From assembly GCA_963713045.1 (NCBI GenBank), contig CAVQKE010000004.1:640001-704000 (forward strand): DNA of 64,000 nucleotides, in the 5' to 3' direction. Origin of the DNA: an uncultured delta proteobacterium (GTDB taxonomy: Bacteria > Myxococcota > Myxococcia > Myxococcales > Myxococcaceae). Positions 37,587 to 49,674 of this stretch are shown one piece after another. The number at the start of each line of letters is the position of its first letter. Positions within the stretch are counted from its first letter, which is position 1. The notes below the pieces were generated by a model, which ran no database searches, was not told the DNA's origin, and worked only from the letters and a program-made list of their open reading frames with translations. Made by a program: the position numbers and the translations under genes.

Positions 37587-38962
37587 CACGCTCTCCTCAC
37601 GGCGCTCGATGTGGCCGCAGTGACAGTCTCGGGACGAGGCGGCCCCTCCGTGGGGCCGTTCACAATCTCTCGTCCCACCAGGTACAGGAAAAGCAGCCCC
37701 ACCACGAGGTAGAGGCCGCAGAAGCCGATGAAGGTGAAAATGGCATTGCCAGCGCCCACGTTCAGGCTCGTACCCTGAGACGTGCGCATCAGACCCTGGA
37801 CAATCCACGGCTGCCGCGCCATCTCCGCCGTCATCCACCCCGCGGTGTTGGCGATGTAAGGGAAGGGAATCGCCAGCAGCCAGACCCACAGGAGCCACCG
37901 CGACTGGAGCAGTTTGCCGCGATAAAGCTGGAGAGCCGAGAGGAGTGCAAGGGCGATGAAGAGCGTCCCGAGCCCCACCATGACGTGGTAGGCGTAATAG
38001 GTGAGTTCCATGTTGTCCGGCCAGTCGTCAGAAGGCACGTCGTTGAGGCCAAGCACAGTGCTCCCGAAGGAGCCGTAGGCGAGAAAGCTCAGTAGCCCCG
38101 GCACCTGGATTGGGTTGTCTAACCGTCTGCGCCTTGCGTCCGGCTGACCGATGATGGCCAATTTCGCGCTCGGGCCGCTGTCGAAAAGCCCCTCCATGGC
38201 TGCGAGCGCGACGGGCTGATGGTCCGCGACGAGCTTGCCCTGGCGGTCGCCGGTGGGGAACAACTGGAGGATGCAGGCAATTGCGGCCGTGACGACGCCC
38301 ACTCGCAGACACCGCGTCGCCGTTTCGCGGTGTCGACCCATCAAGAGCCATAGCGCGGAGATGCCACACACAACGAATGAGGCCGTCACGACGGAGGCCG
38401 TCATGTTGTGCGCGTACTGCCAACCTGCCCAGGGGTTGAGCAGGAAGCCCCAAAAGTCCGAGAGGATGAGTCGTCCGTCCGCAGCCCTTGAGTAACCCAC
38501 CGGGTGCTGCATGAAGGCATTGGTAGCGATGATGAAATAGCCGCTCAACCAGGAACCAAAGAAGAGAGCCAGCGCGGTCCCAAAGTGAGCCCTCGGCGAA
38601 AGTCGCTTCTCACCGTAGAGGAAGAGGCCAAGAAAGGTGGATTCGAGGAAAAACGCAAACATCCCCTCCATGGCCAGTGTGGTTCCGATGACGCCGCCAG
38701 CAAATTGCGAAAATCGAGACCAGTTGGTGCCGAACTGGAATTCCATCGGGATGCCCGAAACGACTCCCACCGCAAAATTCAGCGCGAAGATTTTGGCCCA
38801 AAAGCGCGCCGCCGATTCCCAGCGCGCGTCGCCACTCCGGAGAGCAAACCACTTGAAGAGCACGACGAAGAGCGCGAGCCCCATCGTGAGTTGGGGGAAC
38901 AGGTAGTGGTAGGTGATGGTGAAGCCAAATTGCAGTCGATGCCAGAAGAGGGGGTCGGTCAT
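37586..38962 (-). CDS. cydA: Cytochrome bd ubiquinol oxidase subunit I
   Basis: RLQFGFTITYHYLF, MEFQFGTNW, NAFMQHP, LAAMEG, YHVMVG and EMARQPW. Confidence 0.96.
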   Translation of the reverse strand: MTDPLFWHRLQFGFTITYHYLFPQLTMGLALFVVLFKWFALRSGDARWESAARFWAKIFALNFAVGVVSGIPMEFQFGTNWSRFSQFAGGVIGTTLAMEGMFAFFLESTFLGLFLYGEKRLSPRAHFGTALALFFGSWLSGYFIIATNAFMQHPVGYSRAADGRLILSDFWGFLLNPWAGWQYAHNMTASVVTASFVVCGISALWLLMGRHRETATRCLRVGVVTAAIACILQLFPTGDRQGKLVADHQPVALAAMEGLFDSGPSAKLAIIGQPDARRRRLDNPIQVPGLLSFLAYGSFGSTVLGLNDVPSDDWPDNMELTYYAYHVMVGLGTLFIALALLSALQLYRGKLLQSRWLLWVWLLAIPFPYIANTAGWMTAEMARQPWIVQGLMRTSQGTSLNVGAGNAIFTFIGFCGLYLVVGLLFLYLVGREIVNGPTEGPPRPETVTAATSSAVRRA

Positions 38963-39673
38963 TTCGGAGCCCTTTAGCCCACGCCGGCCGAGGCAGCCAA
39001 AGTTCTACGGTTGGCTTCAGAGTTAGCGGGATGGCGAAGCATGTGCGCCGCGAGGGACCTGACGCGACTTGCTCGAAGGGGCGCTCGCGTCGTTTCCATC
39101 GTACGGCTGCTACCTCCTTTGGTAGCTCGATGTGCACGCAGCGCGCCAGAGACATCCCGTCAGGCGGATGGCGTCAAACGCGCAACTCTTGCGACCACAA
39201 TGTGGTCCGCGGGGCCAGATTCAGAATCCGAAGCCACCAAAAAGGAGCAGACGAGGGTGGCTGTCATCCGACCTGACAACGGGGCTCGACTCCCACTACC
39301 CTGCTTCTGTGAAGGCAGGTCTGCAGCGGCTGCTTGCCCGTGCCGGCTCGGCTCTCCTGCTTAAGCCGGTAGCGGCACGGGTTCTCTCTCCGCGCTGGGT
39401 GGCGGGGTGGATTGGTGGCTGCCGTCACTCCTCTGCCCACTGCTACTGCTGCCAGTGGTGATGCCCGAGCGTGGGCGGTGGTTTCCCCCGCTGAGCGTCT
39501 ACTACGGCGACGAGCCGCACTGTGGAGCTCGTCGGGGAGAAAATCGAATTGATGGGCCATAGTTCGGGGCCTCCTGTGACGCTGAATGCAGAGCGACCCA
39601 CGACTAGCAGTACCAACTCCGGAGCTAAAAGCTTCGAGACAGTCCTTCATCGCAACAAGCACACGGGCTAGGG

Positions 39674-40651
39674 CTATGACTGCCGTAGTGTTGCCGCCAG
39701 CAACTCAACCGACCGAAGGCGGCGTTCGATGTCCTGCGAAGGATGCACGGTGATGAGCTCGTCGGCGCCGGAGTGGCGCACGAAGTCTTCTACGTAGCTG
39801 CGGACATCCGCTGGGGTTCCGATTGCTGAGTAGGTCCCCATGGAATTGATGCGCAGTCCGGCCGGTGACTGCAGAATCTCGTTGGCCTCGGCATCGCTGA
39901 AAGAGCGGCCTTTGCCCAGTAGCGCCCGCACCCGAAAGCGTTTGACTTCGTGAAACTGCTCCTTGGCTCGAGCAGCGTCCTCGTCGACGATGACGTTGAG
40001 ACCGGCGATGAAATACGGCCGCTCGAGCTGTTTCGAAGGTCGGAACTCGCGACGATAGAGCGCAGAGGCTTCGTGAAGTGCCTCTGGGGCGAAGTGGGAG
40101 GCGAACCCGAAGGGCAACCCGAGGGCCGCGGCGAGCCGGGCGCCAAAGAGGGAAGAACCAAGAATGTATAACGGGACGTTGGTGCCCTTGCCCGGGGTCG
40201 CTTCGACGCCGGGCACGATCGACTCGCCCCTGAGATAGGCCTGGAGCTCCAGCACGTCATCGGGGAAAGAGTCGGCGCTGTAGCGGCGCAGCGCGTAGAT
40301 GGTCTCCTGATCGCCGCCGGGCGCCCGCCCGAGCCCCAGGTCAATGCGGTCGGGATAGAGCTCAGCGAGCGTTCCGAATTGCTCGGCGATAACCAACGGC
40401 GAGTGGTTCGGGAGCATGACACCGCCGGCGCCGAGCCGGATGCTCTTGGTGTGGGCGGCGATGTGGGCGATGAGCACGGCAGGCGCCGAGGAAGCAATGC
40501 TCGCGATGCTGTGGTGCTCGGCGTACCAGACTCGCCGATAGCCGGCTTCTTCCGCGCGTTGGGCCAAGCGTATGCTGGCGGCAAAGCTCTCGCGCGCGGT
40601 TTGGCCACGGCCTATAAGAGCAAGGTCGAGAATGGAGAGCGGAAGCATCAT
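39674..40651 (-). CDS. LLM-class (luciferase-like) flavin-dependent oxidoreductase
   Basis: [41 protein letters not shown] and FASHFAP. Confidence 0.93.
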   Translation of the reverse strand: MMLPLSILDLALIGRGQTARESFAASIRLAQRAEEAGYRRVWYAEHHSIASIASSAPAVLIAHIAAHTKSIRLGAGGVMLPNHSPLVIAEQFGTLAELYPDRIDLGLGRAPGGDQETIYALRRYSADSFPDDVLELQAYLRGESIVPGVEATPGKGTNVPLYILGSSLFGARLAAALGLPFGFASHFAPEALHEASALYRREFRPSKQLERPYFIAGLNVIVDEDAARAKEQFHEVKRFRVRALLGKGRSFSDAEANEILQSPAGLRINSMGTYSAIGTPADVRSYVEDFVRHSGADELITVHPSQDIERRLRSVELLAATLRQS

Positions 40652-41334
40652 CACTAAGGCTTCTCTAATCGGCCCACTCTCCTCCGGCCCGGCGTCCCGG
40701 TCCCCCTGCCCAGCCTCCGCACCAAGACGAAAACGTTCACCTTCCACGGAACTCTCGCATCGCGGGCGAGTCCGGGGGTGAAAGGAAGACTAGACGTGAC
40801 GGGTGTTCTGCGCCTCTGCGGCCTGGCGCGCAATGCCTGCGGGAGCCACGTCAGCCAGCGTCAGCCCCACCGCAGTTTGGACCGTCACAGCCGGGCACGC
40901 TCGATGCAGCATCTGCAGCCAGTCCCACAGTGGCAAATTCATTGCTGACGTCTGGTAGCAGCTCGGGCGTGCCCCGATTATCCGAGGGAGACTCACTCTC
41001 GACGCCTTGGCCTGGAGACCTCCCCGTGCCACCAGCTGTTGAACCAATCCGAAGCCTCACAACCTTTTTGGTACCGGCCGCGTGACTGAAGACGGAAGCG
41101 TAGACGCGGAAGGATGTTGCCAGATGCTACACCGAGGGGATCGAAGAGAACGCCCGACCGGGAAACACTGCTGATCCCGCGATTTGGGTCGATTGGCTGA
41201 AGGCCGTGGAATGGTCGCGGGCTAGGTCAGAGGATCTTTCGGCATTCGATCAACGCGAAGGGGATGACGGAATAGGGCGGATGCCGAGGCGAACGCCGCC
41301 ACGCTAATCCTCCGTCTTCGGGCGCCACCGTCAT

Positions 41335-42348
<1,014 letters not shown>

Positions 42349-42363
42349 GCGCGAAAGGCGGTC

Positions 42364-42392
42364 CTTGTATCGGCACGGTCAGCATCCGTCAA
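42364..42392 (-). promoter_or_regulatory. Putative sigma70 promoter of tRNA-fMet
   Basis: TTGACG-17 nt-TACAAG, 15 nt upstream of the mature 5' end. Confidence 0.55.
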
Positions 42393-42415
42393 GCGTATGC
42401 ACCACCGATTGCCGC

Positions 42416-44359
42416 CTAAAGCTTGCGGCCCTTGAGCAAGTCTCCAAGGGTCCCGAAGCCCTTCCCACCCGCGGCGGACGGCTGCTTGCGCTTCCAGGCT
42501 TCCATCTCCGCCCGTTCCTCCATTCGCTGGGCGGCGGGAACGGAGAGCCGAATTTTCCCAGCTGCGTCCACGTCGAGGATAGCCACTTTGAGTTCCTGGC
42601 CCAGCGTGTAGTGGCGCCGTAAGTCGGTCCCTCTGTCGGTCCCGGTCTCGCTGGCAGGAATGAGTCCGCGGCCGCCAGGGAAGACGAGGAAGACGCCGTA
42701 GGGCTCGATGCGGTCGACCTGGCCCGTGACAACTTCACCCACTTTCGGGCGGGGCGTTGCCGCTGCAGGGGCCGCCACGGGCTTGTCGGTCACTTCGGGA
42801 CGCTCGGCCGGAACCGGGCTACCGGCGCCCACCACCTCGCCGTCCCGAACCAAGCGCAACCCAACGCGCTTTTCGGCGGTGTCGATTTTTTCGACCTGCA
42901 CCGTCACTTCATCGCCGACGCTGACCGCATCGCGCGGGTGCGCAATGCGGCGGTCGGAGAGTGCCGAAATATGAATCAGTCCGTCGACTCCCGGCCGGAG
43001 CTCGACGAAGGCGCCAAACGGCTGCAGCCGTACGACCTTACCGGTCAGCCGGTCGCCGTCGTGAATGGCAGACCCCGCCGCCTCCCACGGGTCCTCCTGC
43101 CGAGATCGCATCGAAAGAGTGATGCGTTCCTTGTGCTTGGACTTGTCTGGCGAGTTCGGCTGCGGAGCCTCAATGCGGAGGACTTCCACCTCCACTTCAT
43201 CGCCCGCTTTACAAAGGTCCGTCGGGCGACCGACTCGGGTGTGGCTCATTTCCGCCACCGGCACCAAGCCCTCCACCCCGCCCAAATCGACGAAGGCACC
43301 AAACTCACGCACCCCCGTCACCCGGCCCCGCAGCACTTTGCCCACCTCGAGCTTGGCTCGTGTTTCGGCCGCAAGCGCCTTCTGCTCCTCCTCCAGCAAA
43401 GCTCGCCGGCTGAGCACTACCTTCCGCTCTCGGAGCTCACTGACGCGGAACTTGAGGCGCTCGCCGATGAACTGGTCGGGCTTATCGACAAAACGAATGT
43501 CCATCTGACTCATCGGGACGAAGGCCCGAGCTTCACCCACCGCCACCTCGAAGCCACCCTTGTTGACGGCAAGGACCAGTCCTTCCACCGGAAGGCCGGA
43601 AGCGCGCGCCTCGGCAAGCATCGCCAAGGAAGCGGAGCCTTTGGATAGCGTTCGTGTCAGCAGGATGCCTCGAGCACCCGCCTCGAGCACATACGCCTCG
43701 ACGGTGTCCCCAACCCCTGAGCGCAGGATGCCTTCGTCGTCCTTCAGCTCTCGCAGCTCAATCATCGCCTCGGAGCGCCCACCCAGAGACACGAAGGCGG
43801 TGTCAGCGCCCAGCTGGAAAATGGTCCCGGTCACCTTCTCGCCGACCCGGACCCGTCGCGCTGGCGTCTCGTGCTTTTCCGAGGCGGCAAGCAACTCCGC
43901 GAAGGAGCCGTCGTCCGGCTGTGGCTCCTCCGCTGGCCGAGCCTGCGGTTTGACGGCCGCTGCGGGCTCCGCCGCGGCTGGAGCTGCGACTGGCGCAGGC
44001 GCCACCTCCTCCGGCCGCACAACGGGCGCCTCCGGGCGTTCTGCAAGCTCACGCGTTTCGACGACCCCAGTCGCGCGGCGCACCACCACCAGTGGCCCCT
44101 GCGGTCGCCGGCGCTCCGGGCGACGCGGTTTGACGTCGGCCGTCGGAGGGACCTCCGACGGCGTCGTGGCAGCCGGCGCTGGAGGCGAGTCCGACGGCGG
44201 CCGCTTGGCCGAACGGGCGGCACCCTCGCTGCGAGCTCTCCCCTTCCGCGGCCGCTCCTCTCGTTCACCGCCGCGGCCAGCGGGGATACCCAGCATCACA
44301 TCCCCAAACGTGGGTCGGGGCTTGCGCGGCCCGGACCCTCCAAATCGCTCGTCGCTCAC
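42416..44359 (-). CDS. Ribosomal protein S1-like protein (five S1 domains, long Pro/Arg/Ala-rich N-terminus)
   Basis: S1 repeats such as GRVTGVREFGAFVDLGGVEGLVP and GKVVRLQPFGAFVELRPGVDGLIHIS; C-terminal FGTLGDLL. Confidence 0.9.
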   Translation of the reverse strand: MSDERFGGSGPRKPRPTFGDVMLGIPAGRGGEREERPRKGRARSEGAARSAKRPPSDSPPAPAATTPSEVPPTADVKPRRPERRRPQGPLVVVRRATGVVETRELAERPEAPVVRPEEVAPAPVAAPAAAEPAAAVKPQARPAEEPQPDDGSFAELLAASEKHETPARRVRVGEKVTGTIFQLGADTAFVSLGGRSEAMIELRELKDDEGILRSGVGDTVEAYVLEAGARGILLTRTLSKGSASLAMLAEARASGLPVEGLVLAVNKGGFEVAVGEARAFVPMSQMDIRFVDKPDQFIGERLKFRVSELRERKVVLSRRALLEEEQKALAAETRAKLEVGKVLRGRVTGVREFGAFVDLGGVEGLVPVAEMSHTRVGRPTDLCKAGDEVEVEVLRIEAPQPNSPDKSKHKERITLSMRSRQEDPWEAAGSAIHDGDRLTGKVVRLQPFGAFVELRPGVDGLIHISALSDRRIAHPRDAVSVGDEVTVQVEKIDTAEKRVGLRLVRDGEVVGAGSPVPAERPEVTDKPVAAPAAATPRPKVGEVVTGQVDRIEPYGVFLVFPGGRGLIPASETGTDRGTDLRRHYTLGQELKVAILDVDAAGKIRLSVPAAQRMEERAEMEAWKRKQPSAAGGKGFGTLGDLLKGRKL

Positions 44360-44549
44360 GTCGCCTCGAACCTCATGTTGCGCGCTTCCGGGCCCACTCC
44401 CAGCGCGGAGCGCGCCCTTGGGTCGCGAGGGCGCGGGCTATGACACAACCCGACCCGAGAGGCAACGCCACCCCACTTGCTGGGGCTTGCACCTAGGGGT
44501 CAACGGCTGGTTGCGAGGTCCTACGCGGCCAGACCCGGCTTTTAACCCT

Positions 44550-46199
44550 TCAGGGTTTCGACCGGCGAAACCCGGAAAGCTCCGAGACGCGCAAAGCGCC
44601 CGTCAGCATCAGGTAGACGCCTCCATACAGCGAGAGCAAGACTGCTGCGGTGAGGACCGGGTGTAATGCCGGCGCAGGCAGTACCCACCCTCCCCAAGAA
44701 GACGCGGCGGCGAGCGACGGCCCGAACTGACGGACGAGCAACATTTTGGCGACCAGAGCCAGGATGGCTGCCGTGGCGGCCGAGGCCCACAGGCGCAGGA
44801 CGCGCCCAGCGCCCACGCCCGTCGGGCCAATGCGCCGGGAGAGGCTGCTTCGCAGGAGGAGGAATTCAAGCCAGGCCGCGATGCCGCTGGCGCCGGTGAT
44901 GCCCGCGCAGCCAACCAGCGCAGGGGCCCCGAGCCACTGCGCAAGGTGCCTGACGGCGAGGTACGCGAGGCCGGCGGCGAGGAGCACGCGAACCGTCGCA
45001 AACCGGAAGGGCGTGCGAGCATCGTGGAGCGCATAGAAGGCCGACCCATAGAGTCGAGCCAGCGTGCCGGCAAGCAGCCCGATGGCGGAGCCCATCAGCA
45101 GGTACCAGAGTTCGCGTGTCTGGGCCGGACCGAACTTGCCGGTCTGGACGAGAAGCCCGCCAACCACGTCCCCGAGCGCAAGAAAGGCCACCGCTGACGG
45201 AACAACGAAGAAGGCGATTCGTCGCAGGCCTGCATCCAGCCGGCTTCGGAGCCGCTGTTCGCCGCCCTCCTTCAGCCCGGACTCGCGTGACAACTCGGGG
45301 AGTTCGGCCGCTGAGACGGACATGCCAAACAGCGAGACCGGCAGCACGCCAATCAACTGCGCGTAATAGAGCGCTGAGACGGCGGGCGCTGAAATCAACG
45401 AAGCGTAGAACGTGTCCACCAGGGCGCTGACCTGCACCACCCCTCGGCTCAGGACGACGGGAAGGAAGTTGCGCAGGACGGTTCTCATCGCCTGGGTGGT
45501 GGTCTCGAGCGAAGGGCGAAACGGCCCCAGCAGGCGCAGCACCGAGGGAAGCTGAACGGCAAACTGCAGCAAGCTTCCGCCCACCACCGACCAGGCGAGC
45601 AGCGTCGCCAACCGGCTCTCGCCCACCCGACCGCCGGCGGCCAGAAGCAGCGCGATTTGAGCGGCATTCCAGATTACGGGCGCCGTGTAGGAGAGGAGGA
45701 AGCGCCGGTGACTGTTGAGGACTCCGAGACACCAGGCACTCATCACCAAGAGCCCGGTGCTGGGGAAGAGAATGCGCGTCAGCTCAACCGTTTTGGCAAA
45801 TGCCACAGGGTCGCTGGTGGCGTAGCCTCCAGCAACCAAGCGAGCGAGCCAGGGAGCACAAGTCACACCGACCACCACCAGGACGGCGGTGGCCACCGAA
45901 AGCAGGCCAAAGACTGCGCCAGCCACTCGGTCGGCCACGTCCTCCCGTTTCTCGCCGAGCAGGCGGGCGTAGACGGGGATGAAGGAGGCCGATAGCACCC
46001 CCTCCCCCAGGAGGTTTTGAAGTGTATTGGGGAGGCGAAGCGCTGCGGAAAAGGCCCCGGCCACCGGAGAAGTCCCAAAAGCGTGGGCAAACACCCGCGT
46101 CCGGATGAGGCCAGCCAGCCGCGACAGCAGAATCCCAGTGGCCACACGGCGCGCGCCGCGTGCCGAGGGAGGTGGGGCGCTGTCGGAGTTCTCGGTCAC
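44550..46199 (-). CDS. murJ: Lipid II flippase MurJ
   Basis: [29 protein letters not shown] and [10 protein letters not shown]. Confidence 0.93.
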   Translation of the reverse strand: MTENSDSAPPPSARGARRVATGILLSRLAGLIRTRVFAHAFGTSPVAGAFSAALRLPNTLQNLLGEGVLSASFIPVYARLLGEKREDVADRVAGAVFGLLSVATAVLVVVGVTCAPWLARLVAGGYATSDPVAFAKTVELTRILFPSTGLLVMSAWCLGVLNSHRRFLLSYTAPVIWNAAQIALLLAAGGRVGESRLATLLAWSVVGGSLLQFAVQLPSVLRLLGPFRPSLETTTQAMRTVLRNFLPVVLSRGVVQVSALVDTFYASLISAPAVSALYYAQLIGVLPVSLFGMSVSAAELPELSRESGLKEGGEQRLRSRLDAGLRRIAFFVVPSAVAFLALGDVVGGLLVQTGKFGPAQTRELWYLLMGSAIGLLAGTLARLYGSAFYALHDARTPFRFATVRVLLAAGLAYLAVRHLAQWLGAPALVGCAGITGASGIAAWLEFLLLRSSLSRRIGPTGVGAGRVLRLWASAATAAILALVAKMLLVRQFGPSLAAASSWGGWVLPAPALHPVLTAAVLLSLYGGVYLMLTGALRVSELSGFRRSKP

Positions 46200-46260
46200 C
46201 TTGGACGACTTCCGACTCTATCCGGAGCAACCCACGTGCCCGCATGCTATCCGGCTCTCA

Positions 46261-47646
<1,386 letters not shown>

Positions 47647-47668
47647 GGCAAGGCCCGTGGCGGTGAAG

Positions 47669-48721
47669 ATGCCGGTGCTGGGGGACTCCAGCCGCCGGAG
47701 GCGACATTCCCCCGCGACACCTTGGGTGCTTCTGGCTGCGCTCGTCGTGGCGGTGGGCTACGGCTGGCGATGGAGGGCGCAACACCGGCGCACCTCTCTG
47801 GAACAGCACCTCAGCACACCGACAGAGCTTCCGCTGGCAGCCACGGTGAGCGCAGCACCGGCACCCGAAACGCTGCCGCCCACTGGGGCCGCGCCCACCC
47901 AGGGTCTCCACCACGTCTCGGCGGCGCTGGACGGCGCCCTGGAGGCAGCCATGGACCAAGTGGCGGGGCGCGACACGGGTCCGGCACTGACTCAGGTCGT
48001 CAAGCGCCTGCTCGTCTGGTGGATGCGAGTCCCAGCGGACCTCCAGAGAGGAGACCACTTCGACGTGCTTTACGAGGACCGTGCCGGTGGGGAGCCTGTG
48101 GTCCAGGCTCTCCGAGTGGTGAGCGGCAAGTTACAACGCACTCTTGAAGCCTTTCGCTTCCGAGGCAGCGCGTCGGAGTTTCCCCGGTACTACCTGGCCG
48201 ACGGCGAGGAGTTGGAGCTCCGAATCGACCCGTCGCCCCTGGACAACTATGAGCAGGTGACGTCGCTGATTCGCGACGGGCGAGGCCACAAGGGAGTCGA
48301 CTTCAAGACGCCAGTCGGCAGCCCAGTGAAGGCGACATTCGACGGCACCATCACTCGGAAGAATTGGTTTTTCGGCGGCAACGGCAACTCGCTGGAAGTG
48401 AGTGAGGCCGCGAGCCCGCACCGAAAGGCGTTTTTTCTCCACCTCTCGGAGTTGCCAAAGACTCTGGCTCGAGGCAGCACTGTCCGAAAGGGCGAGGTCA
48501 TCGCGCACAGCGGAAACAGCGGTCACTCGTTTGCGCCGCATCTGCACTATCAGCTTGAGTCCGAGGATGGTCGTCTGCTCGACCCTTTTGAGGAGCATGC
48601 CACCCGACGGGCGACCCTGCCAGCGTCGGACCGCCCGGCCTTTGACGCCGTGGTGGCCGAGGCTCGCCGTCAGCTTGGACAAATGGGCGCTGCTGGTGCC
48701 TCGACGCTCGGGAGACAGTGA
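47669..48721 (+). CDS. M23-family metallopeptidase (MepM-like)
   Basis: N-terminal TM helix, HKGVDF, FLHLS and SGNSGHSFAPHLHY. Confidence 0.9.
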   Translation: MPVLGDSSRRRRHSPATPWVLLAALVVAVGYGWRWRAQHRRTSLEQHLSTPTELPLAATVSAAPAPETLPPTGAAPTQGLHHVSAALDGALEAAMDQVAGRDTGPALTQVVKRLLVWWMRVPADLQRGDHFDVLYEDRAGGEPVVQALRVVSGKLQRTLEAFRFRGSASEFPRYYLADGEELELRIDPSPLDNYEQVTSLIRDGRGHKGVDFKTPVGSPVKATFDGTITRKNWFFGGNGNSLEVSEAASPHRKAFFLHLSELPKTLARGSTVRKGEVIAHSGNSGHSFAPHLHYQLESEDGRLLDPFEEHATRRATLPASDRPAFDAVVAEARRQLGQMGAAGASTLGRQ

Positions 48722-48762
48722 CGTCCTGCGGCGCGCTCAGCGCACGGGCACTGACAGCGCGG

Positions 48763-49596
48763 TCATTCCTCGTGTTTCACATCGTTGGCCAGCCGGTAGA
48801 CCTCTGAGCTTGGCCACCCCGAGGCCCGAGCCACCTCGCTGGACAGCGTCTTGAGGCGTTCCCTTCGGGCTAACCCCGCCTTCAGGGCGGCGCGCACTTC
48901 CGCCCCGCTCCACCGCTCCACCCCCGTCCGCCCCTCCACCACCAGCACCAGTTCCCCCCTGGGCGCAACCGCGCCGTAGCGGGCGGCCAATTCACTCAGT
49001 CGGCCGCGGACAAATTCCTCGTGCAGCTTGGTGACTTCGCGGGCGACCACCCCGCGGCGGTCGCCAAGTGCGCGGGCCAACTCCCCGAGGGTTGCCGACA
49101 GCCGGTTGGGGGACTCGAAAATCACCAGCGAGGCTTGTAGCCCGGCCACTTCGTCCAGCATGGCGCTGCGTTCCGGTCCCTGTCGTGGAAGGAAGCCGAG
49201 GAAGTGAAAGCGTCCAGTGGGCAACCCGGATGCGGACAGGGCCGCCAGCACAGCGCTCGGCCCCGGGATGGGCACCACCTGCACCCCAGCCGCTAACGCC
49301 GCTGTCACCAGGTACTCGCCCGGGTCACTCACCGCTGGGGTGCCGGCATCGGAAACCAGCGCGGCGTTCTCGCCCGCCGAGAGCCGCTCCAGAATTCGTC
49401 CGGCCCGTGCCTTTTCCGCGAAGGCGGGCAGACTGACTGTCGGTTTCTTCAGTCCCAGCGAGGACAGCAAGTTGCTGGTGTGCCGCGTGTCCTCGCAGAT
49501 GATGAAGTCCGCCTGAGCAAGCGTCTGGCCAGCGCGAGCCGTGAGGTCGCCCAGGTTGCCAATCGGCGTCGCGACGAGAAACAGGGTTCCGGTCAC
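48763..49596 (-). CDS. rsmI: 16S rRNA (C1402-2'-O)-methyltransferase
   Basis: LVATPIGNLGD, CEDTR, VSDAGTPAVSDPG and REVTKLHEE. Confidence 0.95.
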   Translation of the reverse strand: MTGTLFLVATPIGNLGDLTARAGQTLAQADFIICEDTRHTSNLLSSLGLKKPTVSLPAFAEKARAGRILERLSAGENAALVSDAGTPAVSDPGEYLVTAALAAGVQVVPIPGPSAVLAALSASGLPTGRFHFLGFLPRQGPERSAMLDEVAGLQASLVIFESPNRLSATLGELARALGDRRGVVAREVTKLHEEFVRGRLSELAARYGAVAPRGELVLVVEGRTGVERWSGAEVRAALKAGLARRERLKTLSSEVARASGWPSSEVYRLANDVKHEE

Positions 49597-49674
49597 GGGC
49601 CCCTCTCTCCCTGGCCGGTTGCCAAATGGTTCTCGATGCCCTGGCATCAGAGTTTTCCTTCGCCGCGGCGTCGC

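Noticed and set aside
38963..39670. FNR box or small cyd accessory gene upstream of cydA
   Set aside because: No convincing TTGAT-n4-ATCAA and no protein-like ORF.
23130..41300. A perfect att duplicate of the tRNA-fMet 3' end
   Set aside because: None was found by eye; only the short degenerate match at 34081 is reported, at low weight.
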